Origin: the human T2T-CHM13v2.0 reference genome, Homo sapiens
Length of the DNA: 64,000 bases
Reading direction: 5' to 3' (one strand)
Assembly: GCF_009914755.1 (NCBI RefSeq)
Contig: NC_060927.1
Of this stretch, positions 1-13,144 are shown piece by piece; positions within the stretch are counted from its first letter, which is position 1, and each line of letters starts with the position of its first letter. Position numbers and translations under genes: made by a program. The notes under the pieces are model-generated. The model ran no database searches. It saw only the letters and a list, made by a program, of their open reading frames with translations, and was not told where the DNA came from.

Positions 1-324
1 TGCAGCAATGAGTTTCACTTACATAAAGAGGAATATGTATAGATAAAAGATCTGAATTCAGTAAATTAAAGTATTCACAGCTGCATTGTAAGATTATAGT
101 TGATAGTTTTCTTTGTTTTCCTGCACTTCCCAGCCCACAAAGAGCATGTGTTATTTTTATCAATAGAGTTTTAGCCTTTAAGAAGAAATAACGTAAGGGT
201 AGGAATTGTGCTTCTTTCATTTCACTGTTGTGGTTAATGACTTCTATGGTGGACACCTGGCCCAGCACCTGGGTAATCTAGCATTTATTTCAGTGCTTCT
301 TGGGACAGTTGAAACAGTGGTGAC

Positions 325-513
325 TAAGTGCCAGGAATGATACTAGGCGCTTTACATAGGTTATTTTTAAGTCATACTATCAAGGTAGGTACTATCCCCA
401 CCTTAATCTTGTAGACAAAGAACTTGAGGCATACAGATTAAGTAACTTATCCTAAATTACCCAGCTAGTAAGAGTCCAGGCTAAGTTTTGAGCCCATGTC
501 TATCTGGTTCAAA
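325..513 (-). mobile_element. MIR SINE
   Basis: gtgccagg..gcgctttacat..gtaggtactatcccca..gaggcatacagattaagtaactt matches the reverse complement of the MIR core. Confidence 0.75.
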
Positions 514-1354
514 ATGGTTTCAAAATGGGCTTTCACTATTTCCAGCATGACTACCTGATTCCTAGTCTTAGAGCTTTATCTCTTGTCTCTGCATGTAAAA
601 CTCGGGTCTGTTTTTACCCGTGTCACTGGGTTGATTCACCCCTAAAAAAGCATTCCTCTTGCTGGGATAGTTTGGTGTTGTCATGAAGAGGCCCCCTCCC
701 AAATTGAAAGCTGTGTGGCAGCCGGCCTTCAGCCTGAACTCAGACTTGCTTTCATTTACTCATTCACTTCCCTTTTGTTGTGAATGTTCCCACTCACAGG
801 CCATGGGTACACCCAGACAGAGTGAGGGTGTGGTCACCAGGAGATCACTGGTGTCCCGCAGTAGGAGTGAAGCGGCGGGGACACAGCACCCTCAGGCTTC
901 TGCTGGTAGTGGCTCAGGCAACCCTCACCTGACCCTTCTGCCCTCAGGCTGTGGGAAGGCTGGAGCCTGACCTAGATTTTAGGGAAAAAAGAATTGAGGG
1001 CTTTCTGAGGTGAGGGTGGAGGTGAGGCAGGGCAGATAAGGCGTCTTCTCTTTAAGAGGGAAGTAAAGACTCAAATAATGAAAGGAATCAATTTAGAGTA
1101 AGTTCTTCATGTTTTAGCTTGGCTGGAGGCATTCTGGTTAATCAACTATTCTTAACAAGGGTGGTGGTGTGTGCTATACGTGGCTGAACGCTTTTCCAGG
1201 GATTATAAACACAATTAAGTATGGGTAAAATCCAAACTTCACTAAATTTAATTAAATTTTTCTTTGATGATTCGTAAGACCTTCAGGATCCTGTAGTGCC
1301 TCAGGGTCACCATTAGGTTTATCATCATCCTTGATGAGGTGGGGCAGCTGAATA

Positions 1355-1540
1355 AAAGCAACAGATTTAAAATTACAGATCGCACTCCCACCCTGCCTAC
1401 TTGGGTGGTATTGGACAGGTGACTTTGACCTCTGGAGCCTCAGAGTCTCTTCCAAAATAAGGGTGGCAGCATTACCTCATAGGGTTGTCATAGCAGAAAA
1501 CTATGTGCATGAAGAATATTGTCCTTATCATCATTACTAT
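1355..1540 (+). mobile_element. MIR SINE (degenerate)
   Basis: gacctctggagcctcag..aaaataaggg..tacctcatagggttgt resembles the MIR core. Confidence 0.6.
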
Positions 1541-1769
1541 TAAGCTACAAGGACATCAAACTGCCAGCTGATACAATGTCTTTTTTTTTTATTTTAAGCA
1601 TGTTTCAAAGCCATTTACTTTGGTCTCCTTTTAAGGAAAATGACTTCCCCAGCAGCAGGAATTGCTGAGAAAGTGATATTTAGTCAAGTGCTAAGAAGAG
1701 TGCTATAAAACATTGTTTAACCTGCAGAAGCAGTATAAGTCTGTTGTTAAAAAAAAAAAAAACACTAAA

Positions 1770-2102
1770 GAAAAACATGCTTTCTAAAAAGTTCACTTCT
1801 ACTCTAATTGTTTCAATCTTCTCCAGAGGTAAGCCTTTCATAATTCAGTGTGTACATGAGATTTAAATTATACTGTTCATTATTGTTCTGTGACTTTGCT
1901 TTTTTTTTTTTTCAATTGACAACTTAGCTTGGGGATCTTTTTATTCTTTCTGAGAGCTGCATCTGCATAGTCTTTCATAAGATGGATGAATTTCATCTTG
2001 CTTATCTATTGCTCTGTTGATGGACAAACTGCCAGCTGATACTAATGATAGACATTAGGCTATTTCTAGTTTTTCTATGGCAAACAATGCTGTAATGAAC
2101 AC
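1770..2102 (-). mobile_element. Old L1 (L1ME-like) 3' fragment
   Basis: gttgatggaca..gacattaggctatttctagttttt..aaacaatgctgtaatgaac is typical antisense L1M 3' sequence. Confidence 0.55.
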
Positions 2103-2859
2103 AGAATGGCATTCATGCACTAACTCCATTGTAGCCACTCATTAATTGTTTATTAACCTCAGGCTGCCTTAACCCATACTTCCTAAAACATGTTCTTCTT
2201 GATCTGTAGGTCGCTCCAAAGAGACAGTATCAAACATGAACACAACAAGTGATTTTTAAAAACAGTCTGGTGATTTCTAATAAGTCTGTACACTTGTGCA
2301 ACTATCACCACAACTCAGTTTTTAGAGCATTTCCATGACCTCAAAAAGTTCCCTTACACCTGTTTGCAGTCAATGTTCACCCCATGCAAGATCTAGGCAA
2401 CTACCAATGTAATTTCTGTCTCTACAGTTTTTGCCGTATCTAGAAAGTTCATACAAATGGAATCACAATTTGTAAGACTATGTATTGTGTTTGGCTTCTT
2501 TTCCTTAGAAAAATGTTTTTTGAGGTTCAGTCAATTTGTTGGATGTATCAGTTATTGCTAAGCTGTGTTACGTTACAGAGATGTACCACATATTGTTTGT
2601 TCATTTGAATTATTTCCAGTGTAGGCCTATTTTCAGCTTATGCCTATTACGAATAATGATGCTACAAACATTTGTGTACAAGTTTTTATATGGGTAGGTA
2701 CCTAGGAATGGAATTATGAGAGCTTGTAAGTATGTAATTAACTTTTAAAAAGAACTGCCAAACTTTTCCGAAGAGGTTGTTTCATTTTACATTACTACCA
2801 GCAATATATGTGAGTTCTAGTTTCTCTATACTCACTAACACTTGTTCTTGTCAATCTTT

Positions 2860-3184
2860 TTTATTTTAGTTTAGTTTATTTTTTGGAGATGGGATCTCTC
2901 TGTGCTGCCCAGGCTGAAGTGCAGTGGTGTGATGATAGCTCACTGCACCCTAAAACTCTTGGGCACAAGGGAGCCTCATACCTCAGCCTCCCCAGTAGCT
3001 GGGACTACAGGCACATGTCACCATGCCTGGCTAATTTTATTTTTATTTAAAAAGTTTTTTTTTTTGGAGAGACAGGATCTCACTATATTGCTCAGGCTGG
3101 TCTCAAACTCTTGGCTTCAAGTGAAACTCCTGCCTCAGCCTTTCAAAGTGCTGGAAATACAGGTATGAGTCACCGCACCTGGCC
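2860..3184 (-). mobile_element. AluJ
   Basis: Full dimer with T-rich tail, gatagctcactgca and ctcactatattgctcagg J-type features; ends cacctggcc. Confidence 0.9.
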
Positions 3185-3188
3185 AGTC

Positions 3189-3594
<406 letters not shown>

Positions 3595-4679
3595 TGATAT
3601 TGGCTACATTTTCATGTGCTTGTTAGCCATTCATATACATTCTATGGTGAAGTGCTTATTGAAATCTTTTGTCAATTTTTTGCTTGGCCCATTTGTCTTT
3701 TATTTCTGTGAGAGTTTTTAATATATTTTAATACAAACTGAGTATATATATATATATATATATGCACATTTATACGTTACATTAAACACATTTATACATG
3801 TTACATATATAGATACATGATCTATAAATATATTCTTCCAATCTGTGGCTTGTTTCCTCATTTGCTTAGTGGCGAATTAGAAGAACAAAAGTAATTTTGA
3901 TGAGGTATAAATTAGTCAATTCTTTCTTTTATGGATCATGCTTTGGGGGCTATATCTAAGAAATCTTTGCTTAACCTCAAGGTCACAAAGGATTTCTCTT
4001 CTATTTTCTTCATGATTGTTATGATTTCGAAGACTAGATGAAGCTAAAGTTCTCTATAGGCCCTCCTGAGGCTGAAATCAGAAGGACCATGGAATGAAAT
4101 CTACAGAGTAGTTCTTCCCTACCTTTTCAGGGTAGTTTTCACAGCTTAGCTAGATTCTGTACGTACAAAATCAACCAAAGTTGCTCTTATTATTGACTCC
4201 TCAAAAATTTTTACTAAGAAAAAAATGTAAGATCATGTTTATTTAGGAGGATTAGGAAAGATTTCCTTTGAGAAGGTCATATTTATGTCCTAAACCATGA
4301 ATAGAATGTTCTTCTCAGTGTGTTATTTTATCAAACAACTGTAGGGCGATTTCTCTCAGGCAGTAAAAAGGCATTTCCTATTTACCATGGTTTTGACATG
4401 CCATAGTTTCACTTGCTTCTCTTTATTCCCAACAACTCACTTTATTTCTCTAGGTAATAAGAGTATTATTTATTAGCCTTTAACAAGGTTCTGTGTGTGT
4501 ATGTGTGTGTGTGTATGCACATGAGTGTGTGTTTGTGTGTGTACTCTAGATGTACATTGCTCCTGATTTTTGGAACTCTTGTTAGCCATTCATATACACT
4601 CTATGGTGAAGTGCTTATTGAAATCTTTTGTTCAATAAGCATCTCATTTATTCCAAACCTTCATTGATTATAGCATATA

Positions 4680-5039
4680 CAGGTCCTCATTCTTTATTTG
4701 AAATTCTTAGGGCCAGATGTGTTTTAAAATTCATGGTGTTTTGACTTTAGAAAGATAGAACAGTGAATATGCTGAATTAATATAATATTCTCAGGGAGTC
4801 AAGATGACTAATATTCCATACTATGAACATATTAATCTTTTTAAACATCCTGAATATTTACAAGATCTGAAATAAATAAAGACTATAAATGAATTCACAT
4901 CAGTTCAGATTGGATTTTGTAACATGGATTCAGGTCTGGTCAGTTTCTGGAGGCAAGTAAGTTATTTAAAAAAAAAAAAAATCTGTCCATTTAGAGCACT
5001 TTTGGATTTCCAAATTGAGAGTAAGGGCTTCTGGATTTG
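4680..5039. mobile_element. MER46C-like Tigger MITE
   Basis: Starts ta|caggtcctcattctttat..gaaattcttagggccagatgtg and ends agagcacttttggatttccaaattg..taagggcttctggatttg; degenerate TIRs. Confidence 0.7.
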
Positions 5040-5659
5040 TGTTTCCTAATGCACTACACAAGCTACCTGTTGTAGTATATTGGGTTCCTCAGCCTTAGTG
5101 GACCACTGCTGGAGCTGTGAACGGTGTCATGTTCTAGAAGACATGGGGAAGCATAGACATTGGTGAGGCTTTCAGTCTGAGAGAGTTTTCTGAAAAAAAC
5201 GTTTTGAAGAGAAATAATTTCCACTGTAAACAGTGCTGTGGTTTATCTTGTCCTCTTCTGGGGGAAGATTTTCTGCCATTTGAGATCAATATGTGCTTTT
5301 AAAAATAATTCCTTATCTCCTACTAATTCTAGTGTAGCATTTGCTTCATGTCACAGACTCTCAGACACAGATGCCTAATACATTTTTCTAGGGGTGCCTG
5401 GATTCCTGGCTTGGGGTGAAATTATATCTTATAAAATGGAATTGAGTCAAGCTGTGGTATATTTGAATCCCATAGAGAGCTAGATTATACGATCAATGGC
5501 AGCTCACAAACACATTTTAATCAGCAAGCAGTTTGGTGCTGACCCAACAGCACCTGTGCAAATCTTTGGCCCATGTTCCCAGGAAAAACAAGAGCTTCCT
5601 TGGTACCCACTACTTCTTTCCTCTTGAATAGGAAGAATCTTGTCATTTCATCTAATGGC

Positions 5660-6170
5660 ACTCCAAGAAAAAATTACAGAAGCAATACATACTTATAAAC
5701 AAGTAATACATATAAAATATTTATACAAGTAAATTATATGCAAAAGTTTATGTAAATATATAGAGTTAAAATGTAAAAGCCCCTCATTGCAACTTTCCCA
5801 CGTCATCTCTGCTACCCTCTTCAGAGGTCACCAGTTAGGGTAACTTGCATGTGTTACTCTATGCCGTTTTCTTTGTAACCGTGTATGTGCCCACACACAC
5901 ATACATTCACACAGTTGTGTTTATAGGCAAGTGGGTCATAGTCTTCAAATTGTCCTGTCACTTGCGTTTTTTTAACCATCTACTGGAAACATCTTTCCTT
6001 GACACTGTTATCCTTTTGATGGCTGCAGAGCATTATCAGGAATGTATTTCACTCAGTCCCCAGTAAAAAACCCGTAGGCAATTTTTTTTAATTACACAGT
6101 ATGCTTCAATGACCTTCCTTATTCATATTTTTTGCACACATGTATTTTCATAGAATAGATAGTAAAAAAA
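5660..6170 (-). mobile_element. Old L1 (L1ME-like) fragment
   Basis: cttcagaggtcaccagtta, ggaaacatctttcc, ttttgatggctgcagagcatt are L1ME 3' motifs. Confidence 0.5.
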
Positions 6171-9100
6171 AATTTTGTTGTTTAAGAGCCCACTCCCAAT
6201 AGTTGCTTTAGTAACTCCAAATTTCAGCATTTACCATGTCCTTCTTTTGCTTCTCCAGAAAAGCAGTTTGGGGGCATTGCTCATCTTTCCTGGAACATGA
6301 GTTTCTATTGGGGTGCAAATGGGGACAATAAAGAGGTTTATTTTTGTTTACAAATTTGGTATACTTCTGGTTTTGCCTGTTAGCTATTAACTTGATGTCA
6401 TAGTCTTTTATTTCCTCTCATATATAGGACAGGTCAGATAAAATAAAACAAGAGTTTGCCTTTAGCTGTGTAAATTGTTGCAACCTTTTTCAGAGGGCCC
6501 TTGACAATATCTACTAAAATTTAAGATGTTCATGCCTTTTGACCCTACAGTTCTATTGCTACCTGGCATCATGGAAATTATTTTGAGACCTGAAAGATTT
6601 TGTTAAGATATGAATCTCAGCAGGTTTTAGAAACCTGTTTAAATAGTTCATTTCATGCAAATGCTGCAAAACACATATAAAACTAAATGTTTTAATTCAT
6701 AGAATCACAAAATTTTAGAGCCCTAGAGTTTAAAGCTATAAGGACTTTTTGGTACTTTGAAAAATGAGGGGATTGGATTAGATGATCTCAAGTTTTTCCT
6801 TTAATTCTTAGCATTTTGTGGTCTGTTGTTCCCAGAGAAAAGATAATAGTAAAGGTAGAACGATGACAGTGATCCGTGTAGTACTAGTGGAGGAGCCTTT
6901 GCATTTAGGACAAGCCCCTTTATTGCTTTCATTCCTGAGGTAGAAATTTTCTCTTCATTCTTTATTATTGTATGGTCTTGATCTTTTATGTGTGCAAATA
7001 TTTCCGGCAGCTTAGAGCATTCTTTGACGTGGCTTTATTTTCATAATTTTTACCGAGGAAGGTTAATTGGTGGAGACGTAACCAAACTAAGAAACAGGTT
7101 ATCTTTCTGAGTATGAAGAGTGGCTGCTAGTTAACTTTTAATTGCACATGTGTAGTATTTTCTTATGGAGTAGATGTTACCTGATGTAATTGAAGACCGT
7201 TCAACATTTGTTCAATATTATAGGAGGTATAGCAGGAATTGTGGCTGCAGAGATAAATGAGGTGGAGTCCTTGTCCTTAAATAGGTCATATTTTGGACTT
7301 AAAAAAATCCAGTGACACTGGGGACAGAAGTAGGGTCAAAGGGTGAAACTCCATGGTGACAGCTTTTAGCATAATTTAAATATAATCCAAATGAAGCTAA
7401 ACTCCTATCAGCCTTGGAGTATAAATAAGGTCTTAAAGATTATGGACCTAATTATGATGATCCTTTGTGCCCACTTACATGATCATAGGACACCAGCTTC
7501 CCCCTCCATCTCTTCCAGTTTCTAGAATAGGATCAAGTGCACGCAAGCTCTCTCAATCTGGTAACCCATCATGTCACCTTGCCTCTGGCTTAGCTGTGAT
7601 GACAGTGCTTCATTGGCACAGGTTTCCTCTGCTGAGCTGTTAGTGTTCCAAAGACACACCATAGTCTCTGACAGAGCTGGAGAGGAATGGTCCTCTTCTC
7701 AGCTCTCGGTACATTTTGTTTCCTGGGCCCCACAACTGCCCTGCTTGTTCCTCCAATGATGTTCTTCAAATTCTCCCTCCATAATCTTCCTCATCATGGT
7801 GGATCTAAATCAGTTCCCCAGGCTGTGTGACAGGGCTGCATGGGCTGATAGCATGCTGTCTCTCTGTTCTCCTTGCCTGTTTGTTTTTTCCTCATTTTTC
7901 CTCTGTAGTTTCTTGCAGGCACTACTGTCTCTTTTAGAGAAAAGCAGGTTCTTCATGCACATCTCTTCAGGCAAATAGATGCCCAGGAGCATGGCCGGCT
8001 TACTGGTTCCTCAACAGCCAAATTTCAACATAGACCATGTCTTATGTGACTTTGTATCCCTAATGTCAGCTAATTGCTTGCTACAGAATGGACCTCGAAT
8101 TCTTGTTGAATTAATGAGTCAATGTTTGTTAAAAAGTACATATATTAATTCCATGAAGATAGAACAGAGGTTTCCCAACTTCATGGTCATGCCCACATTT
8201 GTAAAACACTTGCCCAAGATTAAAGCTATATATTGTCTTGATCTACAATATGGTTTAAAAAGATTAACAAACAATTATTTGGAAAAATATGCACAATTAA
8301 AAGCAAAACAACTTGTGCTACCCCCCAGGAAGTTATCAATATTATGGAGAGGAGCAGATACCTGGGTGAAAGGAGACAGGAAAACTGGGAGTAGGGGAGA
8401 GAGGGAAAATCGTTACTGAGGATTCCCACTGGAACTCCTGGCCATCTAGCTCCCAGGTTCTAACTCTGCGGTGAGCAAGTTAACTTTCTGGTTTTCTTTA
8501 AACGGAATGTTTCTGAATAAGCAGTCAATTCACATAGTCTGACAACCCCTACTCAAAAAAAGCTTCCTTCTATTCATTTCCTCTTGTCACCTGGCTCCTG
8601 GAGGGGCGTTTTATAACTACCAATGCAAATTTGCTTCAGATTGGGGCCAGAGAGAAGATATGGAGACTTAAAACTTTTAGTCCCTCAGGCAAGGTCAAGG
8701 CTGACTGACTTGTTTAGGGAAAAAAATCTGTGATCTTGGTCTTGTTAGTCTTATGTTCAAACATACTGAGCTTATCAGCCTGGACAAGGAGCCCTGATTG
8801 TTCACAAACCAGCAGACTCTCAGAGGTCTTGCCCTGTGCTTTAAAAGATTTCAGCAACAGTTGGATCTGGTGTTTGAGTTCTGAGGAAGCTATGCTTTGA
8901 TGAGGACATTCCCATGGTGGTACAGAAGCAAGTCAGAGCCAAAAGCCAGGAGGGAGAGGGGGCACTCAAAGACTAGGAGACTGAGCATGAAGAGCCAGTA
9001 CAGAAGGTCCCAGATGGGCCTGGAGTCAAGGTGCACAGGCGGGAGTGGGTCTGGAAAGAGAATGAGTTGGGAGAAAGCCAGGAGGGTCCAGCATGATGGC

Positions 9101-9181
9101 TATGAACAGGTGAACACCCCACCTCTTCCTAGGCTTGTGTTTCTTGCCAAATAAGTGGGCAGATGTGTGTGTAATAGATAA

Positions 9182-9649
<468 letters not shown>

Positions 9650-10059
9650 CCACCTCGGTATTTCTATGTGACCAATAAGATATTTGAGCTTTAATAAAAC
9701 TTTTAGCAGATTTTATATAGTTGTTTAGAAAAATTGTCAGTTAAAAGAATTGACATTATCAGCAAAAACTGAGTGACATTTATCATTTTCTTTTAGTGAA
9801 TACTTTCTTTTCCCTCTTTATGGTATGACATTTTATTATTGTTTTCCCTGGGTTATTTTCTGAAATAAAAATTTACTTAGATATAAAGTCACCTGATTTA
9901 TGTTAATTTTTCAATTAAACATTTAAAATGTTAATGCTTGATTTAATTTAAAAAATCACTGTGTTCTTACTGTCAAATAGTTTATAAGATTACCCTCTCT
10001 CTTTTCTTGCTAGCACTTGTCACGTCTGTGAGTAGCTAATTTGGGTTTTGTTTTTTACT

Positions 10060-10230
10060 CTATACTATATATAGAGAGAAATAAATACTATATATATATT
10101 AGGATAGTATAGGGTATATATAGTATACTACACTATATATTTAATACTATATATAAATATATATAGTATAGAGTAAAAATGTATACTATATATACTATAG
10201 TATATATAGTATATATTTTATGTATTACAC

Positions 10231-10262
<32 letters not shown>
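10060..10262. repeat. TA-rich palindromic simple repeat followed by (TG)n
   Basis: Directly visible tatatag/tatac iterations, then a TG run at 10234-10262. Confidence 0.9.
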
Positions 10263-10265
<3 letters not shown>

Positions 10266-10289
10266 ATAAGCATCTTCAGGGCAGAACTA

Positions 10290-10385
10290 TACTGATCTTG
10301 CCCATCTTTTTTATTTCTAGCACCTTGCACAGTGTCTGGTACACAGTAGGCACTTAATATTTTCTGAGTGACAGAATGAAGGAGA
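10290..10385 (+). mobile_element. L2 3' end
   Basis: tctagcaccttgcacagtgtctggtacacagtaggcacttaat..gaatgaa. Confidence 0.65.
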
Positions 10386-10419
10386 TGAGATGAGATGAAG
10401 TGATTAAACCAATGAGCTG

Positions 10420-10800
10420 CACCTTGTAAAGAAGGCTGTGGGTGTTATCAGAGTACAGAGCAAAGGGTGCTGACCCTGGAGGTCAGGAAGCCAGCAGGGA
10501 AAGCCTCTTAGTGGTGGTGTTTTTTGACTGAATCCTCTGAGCCAGGTGAACAAGAGAGTGACAATAGTCCAAAGGAAAGCATGGGAATGTTGGGAACTGC
10601 TACTCATTTGACATTGGCTGGAAGAGGGAAACTTTCTGTGAGAAATGCCAAAAACAGTAAGAGGTGGGGCAGGGTGCAAGGTCACAGCATAAAGGAACCC
10701 ATGTGTGCCAAGGAGTGTGGAGTTCTTTCAAAGATGGTGGGGAGCCCTGACGTCACTGTGACAACAATAGAAAGGTCAGATTGAGAAGGAGAGACTGTGA
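10420..10800 (-). mobile_element. L2 fragment
   Basis: Purine-rich ggaggtcaggaag..tgggaactgc..ggctggaagaggg..ccaaggagtgtggag..gatggtggggagcc pattern. Confidence 0.5.
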
Positions 10801-10844
10801 AGGGACTCTGCTTAGGACACCAATGCACTAAGCCAGGCACCCTC

Positions 10845-11010
10845 TTTTTTTTTTTTTTTAACTTTTTTCTTGAAAACTTTATTAAAATAAGGATTAAACC
10901 TGAAAAAAGAACAATCAGAATGCCAGCCCTTTGTATAAAATCATCAAGAAAAAGGAAAGAAAGAGAGAAAGAAAGAAGAGAAAAGAAGAGAAAAGAAAAG
11001 AAAAGAAAAG
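10845..11010 (-). pseudogene. Short orphan polyadenylated retro-insertion (3'UTR retrocopy or orphan transduction), source unknown
   Basis: T15 at 10845-10859; tttatt (AATAAA on minus) at 10878-10883, 18 nt from the tail; TSD aagccaggcaccct / aagtcaggcaccct; ttttt|aa endonuclease site at 11024-11030. Confidence 0.75.
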
Positions 11011-11589
11011 AAGTCAGGCACCCTTTTTAATTTCTTCTCATCTCTCTCTCACCGACGCTCTCGACAGGGGAGTGCTCCACCCCCACAGTCTCTTCTTTTT
11101 CTCTGTCCATTCACTTCCATTCATGCACTGCAAGAGGGCTCTCCGCCCTCCCATTGTAGACCCATGGTTCTTCATTCCCCACACTTCACAGTCACACTGC
11201 TTCCCCTGGAGCCCCAGTCACCTACTTACTCAATTTCAGTTTTCAGTCTTGGTTTTGTGAGACTTCTGGACCACTATATTCTCCTTAAAGTATTTTTTGA
11301 ATTGGTAATTCCTTCATAGTTCAAACCGGGAAAGCACAAAACAGAGTGAACAGTCTCTTTTTATCCTTGTCCCTCAGTTTTCCATAGGCAGCCACTGCTG
11401 TTAGTTTCTTATATATCCTCCCAGAGGTTCTTCATAGATATATTAGAAAAAATGCAAATTTATTTGTATTTAAAACAAATAAGAATATAGGTTCTTATTT
11501 TTTCCCTTCCTAACAGAAAAAGTAGATATTGCTCACATCGTTTGGCTTTGCATTTTTTTAATTCAACAAATGAAAAAAATATACATGTG

Positions 11590-12060
11590 TAGACACTGGG
11601 CTTCTCATGGGCATCTGACACTCACTTTGCTCTGAACTGAACTACTTCCCAAAGCTGCTTTTCCTCTTATATTCTTTGATTCAGTGGTCCTGGTGAGTAG
11701 GGGTTATGTCCATTTATCTAATCTCTTAAGTCAGAAACCTGGTAGGCATCCTTGACCACTCCCCTAACACCATCTAAAATATCAGCAAGCTCCACCTTTT
11801 CCCCTTCTTCATTCCTACCATCATTGACTGAATCTAAGGCTTTTATCCTTCAGGAATCCTTTGCTGAAAGACTTCTCCCAACTCATCTAGTTGTTCAACG
11901 CTGCAGCATTTTATATATATACCTATATCATTGAAGTTGCCGTCACGACTGATTTATTAGTTTGTGCCTTTCACCAGGCTGGGCAGAGATGTACCAAATT
12001 CATTTTTACTGATAAGAACATAATGAATGCTGAATGAATGAATACAAGAATAAACAGAAG
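11590..12060 (+). mobile_element. L2 fragment
   Basis: ggcatctgacactca..aactgaact..aagtcagaaacctgg..catccttgac..tgctgaatgaatgaat. Confidence 0.6.
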
Positions 12061-12079
12061 ACGTTCAGAAGAAAGTTCA

Positions 12080-12780
12080 CTTGGTAAACAATTGACAGTC
12101 TTAGTGACTATTTTTATGCATTGAAGCAGTGAGAGGGACCAAGGTATCTCAAAGGATCCAAGGTTTTTGGATTGGCTGCAATGAGCAGAGATCAGTGCTA
12201 TAGGAAGGAGAAAGGCTTTCTTTCACTTTTAGACATGGCAATATGAGGTTTTCATGGGACATACAGTCAGTGGTTGTACATACGATTTGAGAGCTTAAAA
12301 TAATCTAGAGAAGTAAGTTCAGAGAGTTATCAACACCTATGGTGGTTGATGTAAAAGTGTGGTGAGATCCCCTTAACATAATGTATTGTGAGAAGAAAAA
12401 TGAAAAAAGAATCCTGGAGATGACCAGCATTTAGTGGGGTGAGGAAGAAGAGAAAAGCAGCAAGTAAAGAATAAAAGGTAAGAGTGTTGTGCTGGAATGC
12501 AAAGGAGGAGAGGATTTCAAGTAGGTGGTTTAGGGGTCAGGAGTGTCAACTGCTGCCAAAGTGTTCAGCAAGATGAGGACAGGGGTTTAACCACTAGATT
12601 GAACAACTCGGAGGCCTTTGGTGACACTGGCAATGCCCATTTTAGTGCAGTGGTAGGTAAAGAGGTGACTCAGAGTGAGAAAGTGGAGGCCGGGGGGTAG
12701 AGGACCCTTTCAGGAGGCTTAGCTGTAAAAAGAAGAGGCACAATAGCTACAGGGGCATGTGGAGTTATGGCAGGGGGTTA
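12080..12780 (-). mobile_element. L2 fragment
   Basis: ccaaggtttttgg, ttttagacatgg, gtgtcaactgctgcc, gaggacag..ccactagatt..gaacaac..ggaggcctttggtgac. Confidence 0.6.
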
Positions 12781-12989
12781 TTTTTAAACTTTCTTGAAAT
12801 TATAAGTAGAGTTCACATTCATTGTAGAAAATTGGAACAGTACAGGAAAGTATTAAAGCCGCAAGGGTCCAACCACGCTAATCCAAACAATGCTGCCCTT
12901 TTTTTTTTTAAACTATTCCTTCCAGTCTTTTTCTTGCATTTTCACTGAGTTGAGAAGAGACCAAATGGGTGATTGTAGCCTTTGCTTCT

Positions 12990-13105
12990 GCATGTACAGA
13001 GGATTTGGCTATAGCATCTGTCCCCAAATTAATCACCAGGAGTGATTTGGCTGATCTAATTGGCTAGATCCCTTTCCTCCCTGACTGCTCCCTGGATATT
13101 TCTCC
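12990..13105 (+). pseudogene. RN7SK: 7SK snRNA pseudogene fragment (5' ~120 nt, 3'-truncated)
   Basis: gatttggctatagcatctgtccccaaattaatcaccaggagtgatttggctgatctaattggctag (13002-13067) aligns ungapped at about 50/66 to recalled 7SK GATCTGGCTGCGACATCTGTCACCCCATTGATCGCCAGGGTTGATTCGGCTGATCTGGCTGGCTAG; then tccctttcctccctgactgctcc matches TCCCCTTCCTCCCTCACCGCTCC. Confidence 0.85.
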
Positions 13106-13144
13106 ATATGGAGTTATTTAATTAGACAGAAATAAAACTTCTTT

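Noticed and set aside
840-960. Slightly GC-rich patch as a promoter or CpG island
   Set aside because: Only about three CpGs; far below island criteria
2195-2255. Possible small exon (ctgtag|..aa|gtgatt)
   Set aside because: Weak donor and no recognisable peptide
7979-8419. Longest ORF (146 aa)
   Set aside because: No recognisable domain or exon structure; length is within chance for 64 kb over six frames
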